A stretch of 64,000 nucleotides of DNA, taken from an uncultured delta proteobacterium. Its GTDB lineage: Bacteria; Desulfobacterota; Binatia; UBA9968. Under the pieces are notes generated by a model. That model saw nothing but the letters and a program-made list of their open reading frames with translations. It ran no database searches and was not told the DNA's origin. Positions 32,553 to 42,593 of the stretch are shown in pieces (within the stretch, counting starts at the first letter, position 1; every line of letters starts with the position of its first letter). Where the stretch lies: the NCBI GenBank assembly GCA_963745835.1, contig CAVUZH010000013.1, positions 768,001 to 832,000 of the forward strand, written 5' to 3'. The position numbers and the translations under genes are program-made.

Positions 32553-33577
32553 CGCCTCCACCTGCCGCCCAGATCATCGCCAACCAATATCGATTGAGTC
32601 ACGTCAGCAACGGAGGCAACGCCGGTCATCGTCAGAACCCGCTGCATTTCTTCTGCTAGGATCGCGAAAACCCGCTCGACCCCGCGAGCGCCGAAAGCGC
32701 CGACACCCCAGGCTACGGGACGTCCGACCAAAACCGCTTTCGCGCCCAAAGCGATGGCTTTAACGATGTCGCCGCCGCTGCGAATTCCGCTGTCGAGCAG
32801 CACGGGCACCTGGGCGCCGACCGCGGCAACCACTTCAGGCAACACCTCCAATGCAGCGCGATTGAAATCTAGGATTCTGCCGCCGTGATTGGAAACGACC
32901 AGGGCATCGGCGCCGGCGTTGACCGCGTCATGAGCATCCTCCGCGCTCATGATACCCTTGACCACCACTGGCAATGATACTTGTTGCTTGAGCCACTCGA
33001 TGTCTTTAGGCGAAGACTTGTGTCCCTTCCTCGGCTTACCGTCCTTTGTCGACAACGGCACTTCATCGCCGATCTTAACCGGTCGCACTGTATCCATCGT
33101 GATGCCCGCGGCAGCAAAGCCGAGGTCCTGAGCGAGCTTGGCGTATTCGGCAACTTCTTCTCGGCCTCGGTTCATGTACGCCATGAAGACAAACGGCGAC
33201 TTCGATGCGTTGCGCCAGTCCCGCGGATTGAATTTAGCCGCCTGGCTGACAAACATCATGGCGCCCACCCGATCGGTGCCTTCGGCGACTTCCCGTTCTG
33301 CGTCTTTGCCAATCAGACTGAAACTACCCACCGGCGCAGTAATCGCCGGGATCGGCAGCTTATGGCCAAAGAGCTCGATTCCAACGTCTGGATCGGTAAT
33401 GTCGTGGAAAATTCTTTGCCGGAACATGTATTGACGGAAGGCACGCGGATTTCGATGAAACGTCGCCTTGGTTTCAGCGGCGCCGTCGAAATGATGCCAA
33501 GCCTCGGCCGGCATGGTCCGGCGGGCGATGTCGCGAAGCTCGCGCAGCCCCATTTGCTCCAATGGTTTTTCGATCAT
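32549..33577 (-). CDS. FMN-dependent alpha-hydroxy acid oxidase/dehydrogenase family protein
   Basis: PVVVKGIM, VSNHGGR, DSGIRSGGD, VLVGRP. Confidence 0.9.
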   Translation of the reverse strand: MIEKPLEQMGLRELRDIARRTMPAEAWHHFDGAAETKATFHRNPRAFRQYMFRQRIFHDITDPDVGIELFGHKLPIPAITAPVGSFSLIGKDAEREVAEGTDRVGAMMFVSQAAKFNPRDWRNASKSPFVFMAYMNRGREEVAEYAKLAQDLGFAAAGITMDTVRPVKIGDEVPLSTKDGKPRKGHKSSPKDIEWLKQQVSLPVVVKGIMSAEDAHDAVNAGADALVVSNHGGRILDFNRAALEVLPEVVAAVGAQVPVLLDSGIRSGGDIVKAIALGAKAVLVGRPVAWGVGAFGARGVERVFAILAEEMQRVLTMTGVASVADVTQSILVGDDLGGRWRR

Positions 33578-33580
33578 AAG

Positions 33581-34432
33581 CTAGAGGTGTGAGGTAATTT
33601 CCCAGCAGTTAGTGCCGGGATCTCGAAAAAAGAAGAAATTTGACGAGCCGTTCTCATTCAACGGGAACAACTCAGTGACACCTAGACTGTCTCCCTCTTC
33701 CGAGAGCAGGCGATATGCCTCTTTGACCGCTTCGTTCGATTCGACGGTCAAAGTATTGCGAAAGTTCGGCGAGAAAACTTTGAACTCTTTGCGCTCGGCG
33801 CAGACGATGTACGTTTTAGTGTTCGGATGCTTGACGTAGATCACATGGTCGTTGGCTTGATGAACTTCCAGTCCCAACACTTCGGTGTAAAATTTACGAT
33901 TGACGTTCATGTCACAGGCGACCAGGGTACCATGAGTAAATCCTTGAGGCACGTAGCCGCGGCCCGGGAAGCGCTCTTCCGGGAATGGACTCGTCCAGTG
34001 CGGCCCGCGCACCCCACCTGCTTTTGCTTTGGCCGATTCTTTCCGGTTGACCGCTTCATAGGACTCGATTTCCCAGCCGTTGGTTCCTGGCTCAATAAAG
34101 TAGCAGGAGTACGAGCCGTGATTCCACAGCGGCTTGCCGATAGCGCCGAGTTTGTACTCGGCCTTGTGCGCGTTCAGATACTCATAGGCCCTGTCCACCT
34201 CTTCGGTCGTCGCCACCCGCACACCCCAATGATTATGCATCTGCTTGGTCGGCGCGTCCGGGCCAGCCTCATGAACCACCAACAGCCAATCCGTGTTTGG
34301 ATGCTTGAGTATCGCTTGACCCGGCTTCTCGGCAAGTTTTTCGAAGGCTAGAAGATCGGTCAGCACGGCCATGGATTCATGCAAATCGCGGCATTCCATG
34401 TGAGTCGCCGAAAGCGCAATGGGCTTGATCAT
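33581..34432 (-). CDS. VOC (glyoxalase/extradiol dioxygenase) family protein, two-domain
   Basis: HWGVRV, YFIEPGTNGWEIE, FYTEVLGLE, FRDPGTNCWEI; start could be 34456. Confidence 0.85.
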   Translation of the reverse strand: MIKPIALSATHMECRDLHESMAVLTDLLAFEKLAEKPGQAILKHPNTDWLLVVHEAGPDAPTKQMHNHWGVRVATTEEVDRAYEYLNAHKAEYKLGAIGKPLWNHGSYSCYFIEPGTNGWEIESYEAVNRKESAKAKAGGVRGPHWTSPFPEERFPGRGYVPQGFTHGTLVACDMNVNRKFYTEVLGLEVHQANDHVIYVKHPNTKTYIVCAERKEFKVFSPNFRNTLTVESNEAVKEAYRLLSEEGDSLGVTELFPLNENGSSNFFFFRDPGTNCWEITSHL

Positions 34433-34620
34433 GCCCCTGTCTCGTGCGGATTCCATTTGATCGCTCGCCGCTCTAATAAACACGTTTATGAAAATTTACA
34501 GCGGTACGACTACCCTGTCAAACGACGGATTGCCGAGCGATTCGAAATGGACTCGTCCTGTTAAGCCAAGCTCCGACAGCTCTGATGATCGCTACGGTAA
34601 GTCACTTCGAGCGCACCCAC

Positions 34621-34660
34621 GCTTCGGTGTTCAACCCATCGCTTCGGTGTTCAACCCATC
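34621..34660. repeat. Perfect 20-bp tandem duplication
   Basis: GCTTCGGTGTTCAACCCATC twice, in a divergent intergenic region. Confidence 0.9.
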
Positions 34661-34703
34661 ACTCCTAGTACCGAACTGTTCATCTTGTGAAGAACAATCA
34701 GCC

Positions 34704-34732
34704 TTGACACAAAGTTTTGTTTTCCATAGATT
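34704..34732 (+). promoter_or_regulatory. Sigma70-like promoter upstream of the TctC-like genes
   Basis: TTGACA-17 bp-TAGATT, 31 bp before ATG 34764. Confidence 0.55.
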
Positions 34733-34763
34733 CCGCGCAGCTTGACGATGAGGGGAGGCGAAT

Positions 34764-35792
34764 ATGGTGTTGCGATTCCGGCGGTTAGTTCTGATCACGA
34801 TTTGTGTCCTGCTAAACGCTCCGGCAGTGACGTTCGCTCAAGACTCCTTTTATCAGGGGAAAACCGTCCGGATTATCGTCGGCACTTCGGCCGGCGGCGG
34901 CTTCGACACCTACACACGCAACCTGGCGCGCCACTTCGGCAAACATATCCCGGGACAGCCCGCGGTCGTCGTGGAAAACATGCCGGGCGCCGGCCACCTG
35001 ATCGCCGCCAATCATATGTATAACGTTGCAAAACCGGATGGCTTGACGATCGGTCATTTTCATGGAGGCTGGTTTCTCTATCAACTCTTCAAGCGCCCCG
35101 GACTCGAATTCGAGGCAACGAAATACGAATTTCTCGGATCGCCGATCAGGGAAACCCGCGCTTGCGCCCTGACTAAGGCAAGCGGTATCACCAGCGTAGA
35201 GCGATGGCTGGCCGCCAAAACGCCGGTGAAGATCGGCGGTATCGGCGGCGGCGCCCCCGATGATATCGCGCGTATGCTTGCAGCGACCACGGCGCTACCC
35301 ATCCAACTTGTTGCCGGTTACAAAGGAACATCGGAGATTCGCCTGGCGGCTGAGAGCGGAGAGCTCGCCGGCGGCTGCTGGACATGGGATTCGATTCGCT
35401 CGACGTGGAATAAAGGGATCCAGAGCGGTGAGGCGGTCGTCGTGCTCCAGGTCGTATCCAAACCACACCGCGACCTGCCCAATATACCGCTGGCCCAAAC
35501 TCTCGCGAAGTCGGATGAAGCGCGCCAGCTGCTCAAGGCTGGCATCGAGGACGCCGCGGAGTTCTATCGTCCCTACGTGGCGCCGCCGCGCACTCCCAAG
35601 CAGCGCGTCGAGATTTTGCGCCAAGCTTTCGACGCCACGATGAAAGACGGCGAATTTCTCGCGGATGCGAAGAAAGCCAATCTCGAAATTGAACCGATTA
35701 CCGGGCAGGAGATGGAACGCCTGGTATCGGGCATCTTCAAGCTTGATCCGGCATTGGCGGCCAAACTCAAAAGCATTTTGAATCCAAGCTGA
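34764..35792 (+). CDS. Bug/TctC family tripartite tricarboxylate transporter substrate-binding protein
   Basis: Signal peptide; GTSAGGGFD, VENMPGAG, PDGLT, GYKG. Confidence 0.92.
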   Translation: MVLRFRRLVLITICVLLNAPAVTFAQDSFYQGKTVRIIVGTSAGGGFDTYTRNLARHFGKHIPGQPAVVVENMPGAGHLIAANHMYNVAKPDGLTIGHFHGGWFLYQLFKRPGLEFEATKYEFLGSPIRETRACALTKASGITSVERWLAAKTPVKIGGIGGGAPDDIARMLAATTALPIQLVAGYKGTSEIRLAAESGELAGGCWTWDSIRSTWNKGIQSGEAVVVLQVVSKPHRDLPNIPLAQTLAKSDEARQLLKAGIEDAAEFYRPYVAPPRTPKQRVEILRQAFDATMKDGEFLADAKKANLEIEPITGQEMERLVSGIFKLDPALAAKLKSILNPS

Positions 35793-35835
35793 CGCGCCAT
35801 CGTTCACAAAGATATACGTTGGATCCGGAGGATCT

Positions 35836-36861
35836 ATGCAGAGATTACTGCTCGCGCTCTCGATTGTGTTTCTCGGCGCTTTCGCCGGCGAATCCAATCA
35901 CGCATTCGCACAGGCAAATTTTTTTGAAGGCAAAGCCGTCCGGTTAATCGTCGGCTTTACCGCAGGCGGCGGCTATGATGCTTACACCCGGACCCTCGCT
36001 CGTCATATGATGAAGCATATCCCCGGAAATCCGAGCATGATCGTCGAAAATATGCCTGGCGCTGGCAGCATGATTTCAGCAAACTACAGCTTTAAAGCCG
36101 CGCGGCCGGACGGGCTTACCATTGGCCATTTCATCGGCGGGCTCTTTCTTCAGCAACTGCTAGGCAAACCGGGTATCGAATTCGACGCCGCTAAGTTTCA
36201 GTTCGTCGGCGTTCCCGCTCAGGACAACTTCGTTATCGGGCTAGCCAAGTCCACCGAGATTGCAGACGTCGAATCCTGGATGGCATCCAAGCAGGTGGTG
36301 AAATTCGGCGGGGTCGCCTCAGGCTCAGGCTCCGACGACTTCCCGAATATCCTAAAGGCGACGCTTGGCCTGCCGATTCAACTTGTTTCCGGCTACAAAG
36401 GCACGGCCGACGTTCGTCTGGCGTTCAACAGCGGCGAAGTTGCCGGCCTAAGCAACTCCTGGGAATCGACCAAGTCGACGTGGCGCAAGGAGCTGGAAAG
36501 CGGCGATTTGAAGCTGATACTTCAGGCAACGCTCAAGCCGCATCCCGAGCATCCGAAGCTACCGATGGCGCTCAACTATGCCAAAACCGAAGAGGCGAAG
36601 AGACTGATCTCCACCGTGGCGCGCGTGCACGGCCCTACGGTGCGGCCGTACGTGTTGCCACCCAACACACCGGCGGATCGAGTGCAGACACTGCGCAAGG
36701 CTTTCATGGCGACGATGAAAGATCCGGAGTTTCTCGCCGAAGCCAAAAAAGCCAACCTAGACATCAATCCCGAAGACGGCGCGACGCTCGAACAAAACGT
36801 CAGAGAGATTCTGCAGCTCGAGCCTGCTCTCGTTGCGAAATTAAAAGAGTTTCTGAAGTAA
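35836..36861 (+). CDS. Bug/TctC family substrate-binding protein (paralog)
   Basis: GFTAGGGYD, VENMPGAG, PDGLTIG, GYKGTA. Confidence 0.92.
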   Translation: MQRLLLALSIVFLGAFAGESNHAFAQANFFEGKAVRLIVGFTAGGGYDAYTRTLARHMMKHIPGNPSMIVENMPGAGSMISANYSFKAARPDGLTIGHFIGGLFLQQLLGKPGIEFDAAKFQFVGVPAQDNFVIGLAKSTEIADVESWMASKQVVKFGGVASGSGSDDFPNILKATLGLPIQLVSGYKGTADVRLAFNSGEVAGLSNSWESTKSTWRKELESGDLKLILQATLKPHPEHPKLPMALNYAKTEEAKRLISTVARVHGPTVRPYVLPPNTPADRVQTLRKAFMATMKDPEFLAEAKKANLDINPEDGATLEQNVREILQLEPALVAKLKEFLK

Positions 36862-36997
36862 CCGGTTGCCAAGTGCCAGATACAAGGAAAACACTGCCGG
36901 CAACGGTTCTTCCGGCCAACAGCAGCAGTTGCGGATATTTGTCGCGCACCAGACTATCGCGTGCGCTTGAGCTTCTTGAAGCCGTAGAGGAGGTCTC

Positions 36998-37213
36998 ATG
37001 AAAATCACCGTGGACAGAACCAAGTGTGAAGGATACGCGAGATGCGTCCAGGCGGCGCCTAAAGTTTTTCAGCTGGATAGCAAAATGATCGCTGAAGTTG
37101 TTGATTCCCAGGGGGATGGTGATGACAAGATTCTTCTTGCCGCCAGGCTTTGTCCGACCAAAGCAATCACATTGGAAGAGGAAGGCACGGGCAAGAAGCT
37201 GTTTCCAGAATGA
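36998..37213 (+). CDS. Single-cluster ferredoxin ([3Fe-4S] type)
   Basis: CEGYARC...CPTKAI; GAGGAGG RBS. Confidence 0.9.
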   Translation: MKITVDRTKCEGYARCVQAAPKVFQLDSKMIAEVVDSQGDGDDKILLAARLCPTKAITLEEEGTGKKLFPE

Positions 37214-37446
37214 CCAGTCGCGGAGAAGCCTCACCTGTTTGAAATGATACCTAGCCATCATTGTCGCCGGGACGACGCAACAAGGCCTGTGTCTTATTGA
37301 GATGGGTCAGTGAGAATTTGTGCGTTTAACGGTATCACCGACAAATGCTCAGTTGATCGCTCAAGCTGAAGTTAAAACCCTGTCAGAAGAGTTTTTGCCG
37401 GCGCGCGATAACCCAACTCCGATGCGGGGAATGATAGTTTAAACCC

Positions 37447-39441
37447 ATGCACACGCGGCGAGCTTCGGCGCACATTCACCGGCACACGGCCGGCCGTCGT
37501 TTGGGGGAACTGTGTCGCGCACAAGCGAAGCCGTTGAGTATTTTACTGGCGTCGTGCGTGATGGTCGCGAGCAGCTACAGCAATTCAATACTCGGTGTTA
37601 TCAATCAGTTCGCTTCAATTTACTCGTTCTGCTTCTTTGTCCTGCTGTTCGCGCTACTGCTGCGGAGAAGACTCTTTCTTCTGACTATTCCGCTCGCACT
37701 TGGCGCATTAGCAGCGCTCAGCCGATTGAACGAACTCAAAATCTCCGCAGTTTCTTTGCCTATAACATTTTTCGACGTGAAAACGGTCATTGCCGACCCT
37801 AGAATTATTATCAATGCCGCCGGCATAGGCAATGATCTTTACAGGATCCTATTCATCACGATGGCCGGACTCGTCGTTGCGCTCGTCGCATCTGCTTTCT
37901 ACAAGCTAGCCGGCTGCTCTTTTCTGCACCATCGGAAGGCGTTGCCCTCACGAGACGAGAAGGCCGGGCGATCCTGGTCTTTTGTTTTGAATGCCGTTGC
38001 CCTTCTCGTTGTCCTTATCGCTGCCCATGCTTCTCTCTCGAGGTATGGCAGATTTGTGCATGCGAACCTTAGTACAAAAGGAGTGAAGTTATGGCAGGAA
38101 CTTTGGTTCCCCTCGAGCCAGGTTGAACTATGCCAAAGCCTAGGCGTTCTCGAATACCTGGCATTCTCCTATGTTGCAGCGGACGAGGGCGCGGATATCT
38201 CTCTCGGGCAGGGACATAGTCCCACTGTTCAGGAATTGCGTCTAGCCGCTACCGAATTCGTCAAGAAATCAATTCCGCGGTCAAAAACGCTCTTGCCCAA
38301 TATCGTATTTTTTCATGCAGAATCGACCTTCGATCCTAATCTCGCTTTCAGGCTGTCTGCACGTGTCGAATTGCCGTTATGGTCCAAGCAAAGAGAGACC
38401 CGCGCTCTTGGTCCTATACGGGTGAACACCATCGGCGGCGGAAGCTGGGTCTCGGAATTCGAGGTGCTTACCGGAGTGGACTCCAGGATCTTCGGATATC
38501 AGGGTTTCTACACGCATTACTACATCGCGCCAAAGGTGAAAAACTCCTTCGCAGAGTATCTGGCAAGGAAGGGATATAAGACGGCTGCGTTCTACCCTGT
38601 CGAAGGCAATTTCTATAACGCGGACAAGGCGTTCAAGTCCTACGGATTCAGAGAGTTTATTGACGGCCGGGCGCTCGGGTTGCCGGAGGACTGGGGACAT
38701 CTCATTGACCGCGACATAATCAATGCCGTCATCAAGCAGGGTGCGTTCCAGAGTTCCGGTCCATTCTTTTATTTCATCGGTACCTCCGAGAATCACGGCC
38801 CCCACCCTTGCCAGTCGTTTCAGACCGAGAAGCAATTTTTCACAACCTTCTTTGCGCCGGTATTGTTCGAGGAACACTGTCAGCTGAATGAATATTTGCG
38901 CCGAGCTATTTCCACATCCGATGCGTTTGAGCTCGTGCTGAAACAGCTAAAGGAAATCCACAGACAGACCGGTAGGCCTTTCGTCTTGCTGGTCTATGGT
39001 GACCATCAACCCTGGTCGTTCACGGAAGGTATCTATTCCATGCCGAGTGGAACTGCCGCCGAACCTGGCTTCAAGCATTTCTCGGGGGTCCGAACCAAGG
39101 CCGATGGCTATCAGACCTTTTTTCACTTGTTGGCGTCCGACAATACGGTTATCCGGAGTCGATTTACGAGACCACCGCCGGTGTCGTTTCTTCCGAGCCT
39201 TGTGAGCGCGTTTGTAGCAACGTCCCACGACGACCTTTATCTTCCCATCAATTTTCTTGCTTACGCGAGCTGCGGCTCGGATATACGCGCCTTAGGTTGC
39301 GACCACTATGCGGAGATTGCGCGCTTGGCGAGGCACGCTCTCTTGACGGAACCGGCTCCTCCACCGGTTTTGGCTGTCGGAAATCCATCGTTTCGGGACC
39401 CCCTACGGGAACGGCCGTTGACGCCTGTTTCCTTGCCATGA
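37447..39441 (+). CDS. Sulfatase-like / LTA synthase family membrane enzyme
   Basis: N-terminal TM helices; NIVFFHAES, GGGSWVSEFEVLTG, ENHGPH, YGDHQP; start uncertain. Confidence 0.82.
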   Translation: MHTRRASAHIHRHTAGRRLGELCRAQAKPLSILLASCVMVASSYSNSILGVINQFASIYSFCFFVLLFALLLRRRLFLLTIPLALGALAALSRLNELKISAVSLPITFFDVKTVIADPRIIINAAGIGNDLYRILFITMAGLVVALVASAFYKLAGCSFLHHRKALPSRDEKAGRSWSFVLNAVALLVVLIAAHASLSRYGRFVHANLSTKGVKLWQELWFPSSQVELCQSLGVLEYLAFSYVAADEGADISLGQGHSPTVQELRLAATEFVKKSIPRSKTLLPNIVFFHAESTFDPNLAFRLSARVELPLWSKQRETRALGPIRVNTIGGGSWVSEFEVLTGVDSRIFGYQGFYTHYYIAPKVKNSFAEYLARKGYKTAAFYPVEGNFYNADKAFKSYGFREFIDGRALGLPEDWGHLIDRDIINAVIKQGAFQSSGPFFYFIGTSENHGPHPCQSFQTEKQFFTTFFAPVLFEEHCQLNEYLRRAISTSDAFELVLKQLKEIHRQTGRPFVLLVYGDHQPWSFTEGIYSMPSGTAAEPGFKHFSGVRTKADGYQTFFHLLASDNTVIRSRFTRPPPVSFLPSLVSAFVATSHDDLYLPINFLAYASCGSDIRALGCDHYAEIARLARHALLTEPAPPPVLAVGNPSFRDPLRERPLTPVSLP

Positions 39442-39546
39442 CTTAGAACGGATCCTGCAGAAACCACATTGCTCCTGACAGGGCACAATTGCTATGCATT
39501 CACCCTCGTGAAGCCGGAGCGCTAGCTCAGCGAAACAGTCTACATA

Positions 39547-40269
39547 TCACGGCAATTCCGACAGCAAGCGTCCATAGCCAGTGTGCGGAACCCGGACGTG
39601 AAGACGTTTTTGAATTTCCCAACACTGCGTGATCCCCGGATGGATTACCGGCACGCCTAAATCCTGCTCTAAGTCTTCGACGATATCGAGGATGCGCAAC
39701 TTGCCGCCTTGAAAGTAGATGCCATCGGCATGCGGATGGCGAAGAAACAGACGTTTGGCTTGATAGTAAATATCCTTCGAGGAAAGTCTGCCGACTTTTT
39801 CCCACGGTCCGGGCAGCTTCTCGAGCTCGAGAACTTCAAAGCCGGCGTCGCTAAAATAGCGCGCGACGATGCTGGTGTCGTCGAAGTCGTAGCCGATGCC
39901 GACGAATTTCTTGATTTTCAGAGCTTTCATCGCGGCGACCTGATTTGTGCCGGAGGTAAAAATCGGAATACCGAATCGTCGCTCCCATCGCTGAATTAGT
40001 TCCGCCTCACCTTTGTAGCCTAGCAGCATGAAAGGCGGCGTGCCCGCCGGATGAATCAGATCGACTTTGTCTTCCGCCAACTCGGCGATCTTTTCCTCAT
40101 AAACCGGTATCGCCGACTTAAATTCCTCTATCTTCCCATGCCGCACGTTATTAAACAGGGGGATCACACCGATGCCGTCCGGGAGCATCTTGATTAATTC
40201 AACCAGTGAGCCCGAACCCTTGGTCGGTTTGATCATTCCAACCATTCCGCGCCAGCAATCGTAAGACAT
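39547..40269 (-). CDS. Maleate cis-trans isomerase / arylmalonate decarboxylase superfamily protein
   Basis: VGMIKPT, LPDGIGV, YFSDAGFEV, DGIYF, LEQDLGVPVI, GYGRLL. Confidence 0.8.
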   Translation of the reverse strand: MSYDCWRGMVGMIKPTKGSGSLVELIKMLPDGIGVIPLFNNVRHGKIEEFKSAIPVYEEKIAELAEDKVDLIHPAGTPPFMLLGYKGEAELIQRWERRFGIPIFTSGTNQVAAMKALKIKKFVGIGYDFDDTSIVARYFSDAGFEVLELEKLPGPWEKVGRLSSKDIYYQAKRLFLRHPHADGIYFQGGKLRILDIVEDLEQDLGVPVIHPGITQCWEIQKRLHVRVPHTGYGRLLSELP

Positions 40270-40313
40270 AATGGTTTCCTCGGAGACTCCTTTGTGTAGA
40301 CCTGAAGCTGTTA

Positions 40314-41060
40314 TCAAAGCATATAGGTCCCGCAGTTGATATTATACGATTGCCCGGTGATATAAGCGGCTGCGTCGCTGGCCAGAAACAGAACGGGCCC
40401 GGCGATGTCTGCCGGCTCCAAAACGTGCGGCAGCGGCGTAGAATGCAAGCGCTGCATGACTTCCTCTTCAGACCGATGGCCACGCGGCATCGCCGTATTC
40501 GCGGAACCCGGACAGATCGCATTGACGGTAATCCCATCCGGTCCGAGCTCGCGCGCCAAAGATTTGACGAACCCGATAATCGCCGCTTTCGAGGCGGCGT
40601 AGTGCGAGAACTGTTTCATGCCATAATGGCCAATGCCGGAGGCCATGCTAATAATCCGGCCGCCTTTTTGCTCCCGCATCGCCGGCACGAACGCGCGACA
40701 GCAAAGAAAATTTCCGCCGAGATTGATATCGAGGGTGCGATCCCAATCCGCCTCGCTCATCTCGACAACAGAAGATTTGAGATAGACACCGGCATCGTTG
40801 ACCAGGATATCGACTCGACCAAATTGAGCGAAGGTTGCCTCGGCGAGTCTCTTCACAGAAGATTCGTCCGCAACATTGACTTCGAACCCTAACGCGTCGC
40901 CGCCAAGTATCTTCACCTCGTCGGCAACCGAACCTGCTTTTTCCGACTGCAAGTCGGCGACCACAACTTTTGCGCCCTCTCGCGCCATTCCCAGGGCGAT
41001 GGCGCGACCGATTCCTTGAGCCCCACCGGTTATCACAGCGACTTTGTTTTTAAGTCTCAT
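40314..41060 (-). CDS. SDR family oxidoreductase
   Basis: TGGAQGIG, NDAG, YAASK. Confidence 0.93.
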   Translation of the reverse strand: MRLKNKVAVITGGAQGIGRAIALGMAREGAKVVVADLQSEKAGSVADEVKILGGDALGFEVNVADESSVKRLAEATFAQFGRVDILVNDAGVYLKSSVVEMSEADWDRTLDINLGGNFLCCRAFVPAMREQKGGRIISMASGIGHYGMKQFSHYAASKAAIIGFVKSLARELGPDGITVNAICPGSANTAMPRGHRSEEEVMQRLHSTPLPHVLEPADIAGPVLFLASDAAAYITGQSYNINCGTYML

Positions 41061-41800
41061 GGCATCACCACACCGCCGTTGACGTGAAAGGTCTGTCCTG
41101 TGATTGCCGCGCTCTCCGGTGTGGTAAGAAAATAGTACATCTCGGCGAGATCGCCGGGTTGTCCGGTTCGCCCCAATGGAATCACCGGATACCAGCGCTC
41201 CTGGCGAGCGGCCGGAGATTCTTTTTCCATCACTCGCGGCGTATCCGTCGGGCCCGGCGCCACCGTATTAACGAGAATCCGGTCGGGCGCCAATTCCAGC
41301 GCGAGGCTCTTCGAGAAACTAATAATCCCGGCTTTGGCCGCGGCGTAAGGCGCGCGCAGCGCCGAACCCGTCACTCCATAATTAGAAGCGGTATTGAGGA
41401 TTCTCCCGCTCTTTTGCTTCTGCATTAGCGGAGCTACTTCACGGCACATGAGGAATGTGCCTTTTAAATTGCTGTCAATCACCTGCTTCCATTCGGCCCA
41501 GGTGAATTCCTCAACCCGCTTGGTGTAGATGCTACCGCCGGCGATATTCGCCAGCACGTCGATGCGGCCGTGGCGTGAATGGACCTCAGTAACCACCGCT
41601 TTGACTTCACGCGCTTGAGTGACATCGACAGAGTAAGCATCGGCCTTGCCGCGCGCGGCGAGGATTTCGTCCCTCACTTGCTCCGCAGCCGCCCGGTCGT
41701 AATCAGCGACAGCCACGGTCATGCCCGCCGCCGCCAGCCGATGAGCCACAGCGCCGCCAATTCCACCGCCACCGCCGGTTATTAACGCTATTTGACCCAT
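41057..41800 (-). CDS. SDR family oxidoreductase
   Basis: TGGGGGIG, NIAG, YAAAK; 4-bp overlap with the next SDR. Confidence 0.93.
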   Translation of the reverse strand: MGQIALITGGGGGIGGAVAHRLAAAGMTVAVADYDRAAAEQVRDEILAARGKADAYSVDVTQAREVKAVVTEVHSRHGRIDVLANIAGGSIYTKRVEEFTWAEWKQVIDSNLKGTFLMCREVAPLMQKQKSGRILNTASNYGVTGSALRAPYAAAKAGIISFSKSLALELAPDRILVNTVAPGPTDTPRVMEKESPAARQERWYPVIPLGRTGQPGDLAEMYYFLTTPESAAITGQTFHVNGGVVMP

Positions 41801-41975
41801 GCTTCAGCTACTTCAATATTGTTCGTGTGGCCATATTAGTGATCTGACGTTGCGCTCGAAGTTCCCGCGACCTCTTTGATGGGGCTGGTGAGATAGACTG
41901 CGGCAAGGTCGAGACACAACCGCATCTTGAGCAGCCCGTCGGCTCGTTTTTTACCACCCGATTTGTTGCGATTAT

Positions 41976-42416
41976 CTATGCTGCTTTTAGATCCACCGTG
42001 CAGTGAGCACAGCGGACGGCCTTGACGGGAATGGTCGATAAGCAGTACGGGCACTCCTTTGCTGTGGGAGCTTCGGCTTCTTTTTTCTTCATGCTATTAA
42101 TCATTCGTATCAGCAGGAAAATGACAAATGCAATGATCAAAAAATAGATAAAATCGTTGATGAAATTACCATAGGCAATCACCGGGATGCCTTTGGCTTT
42201 GGCGTCCTGCAGGGACACGGGTATACCCTTTGAACTGTCAAGCACATAAAATAGGCTGCTGAAATCAACTTTGCCGAGCAGCAATCCTAACGGTGGCATC
42301 AGTATGCCATCGACCAGCGAGGTGACGATCTTGCCAAAAGCCGCGCCGATAATCACTGCTACCGCCAAATCGATAACGTTGCCGCGGGCGATAAACTCTT
42401 TAAATTCTTTCCACAT
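41976..42416 (-). CDS. mscL: Large-conductance mechanosensitive channel with C-terminal zinc ribbon
   Basis: [24 protein letters not shown]; C-terminal CPYC...CAHC. Confidence 0.95.
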   Translation of the reverse strand: MWKEFKEFIARGNVIDLAVAVIIGAAFGKIVTSLVDGILMPPLGLLLGKVDFSSLFYVLDSSKGIPVSLQDAKAKGIPVIAYGNFINDFIYFLIIAFVIFLLIRMINSMKKKEAEAPTAKECPYCLSTIPVKAVRCAHCTVDLKAA

Positions 42417-42593
42417 GTTTATCTCCTCCTCAAAGCCGGCACCTGACCTGATAAGCAGGTTTCGATAAAATTCGTTCGTGACTGAGTTTGCACCGGGTTA
42501 GACTAGGAATCACTCATGATATAGGCGTAGGCGGTTAATCGACGCAGCTCTGAGACGTTTGCGGAATTATATCCTTCAGGTGACGTAGGACTG

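Noticed and set aside
34621-34660. Possible CRISPR repeat
   Set aside because: Only two adjacent copies, no spacer and no cas genes.
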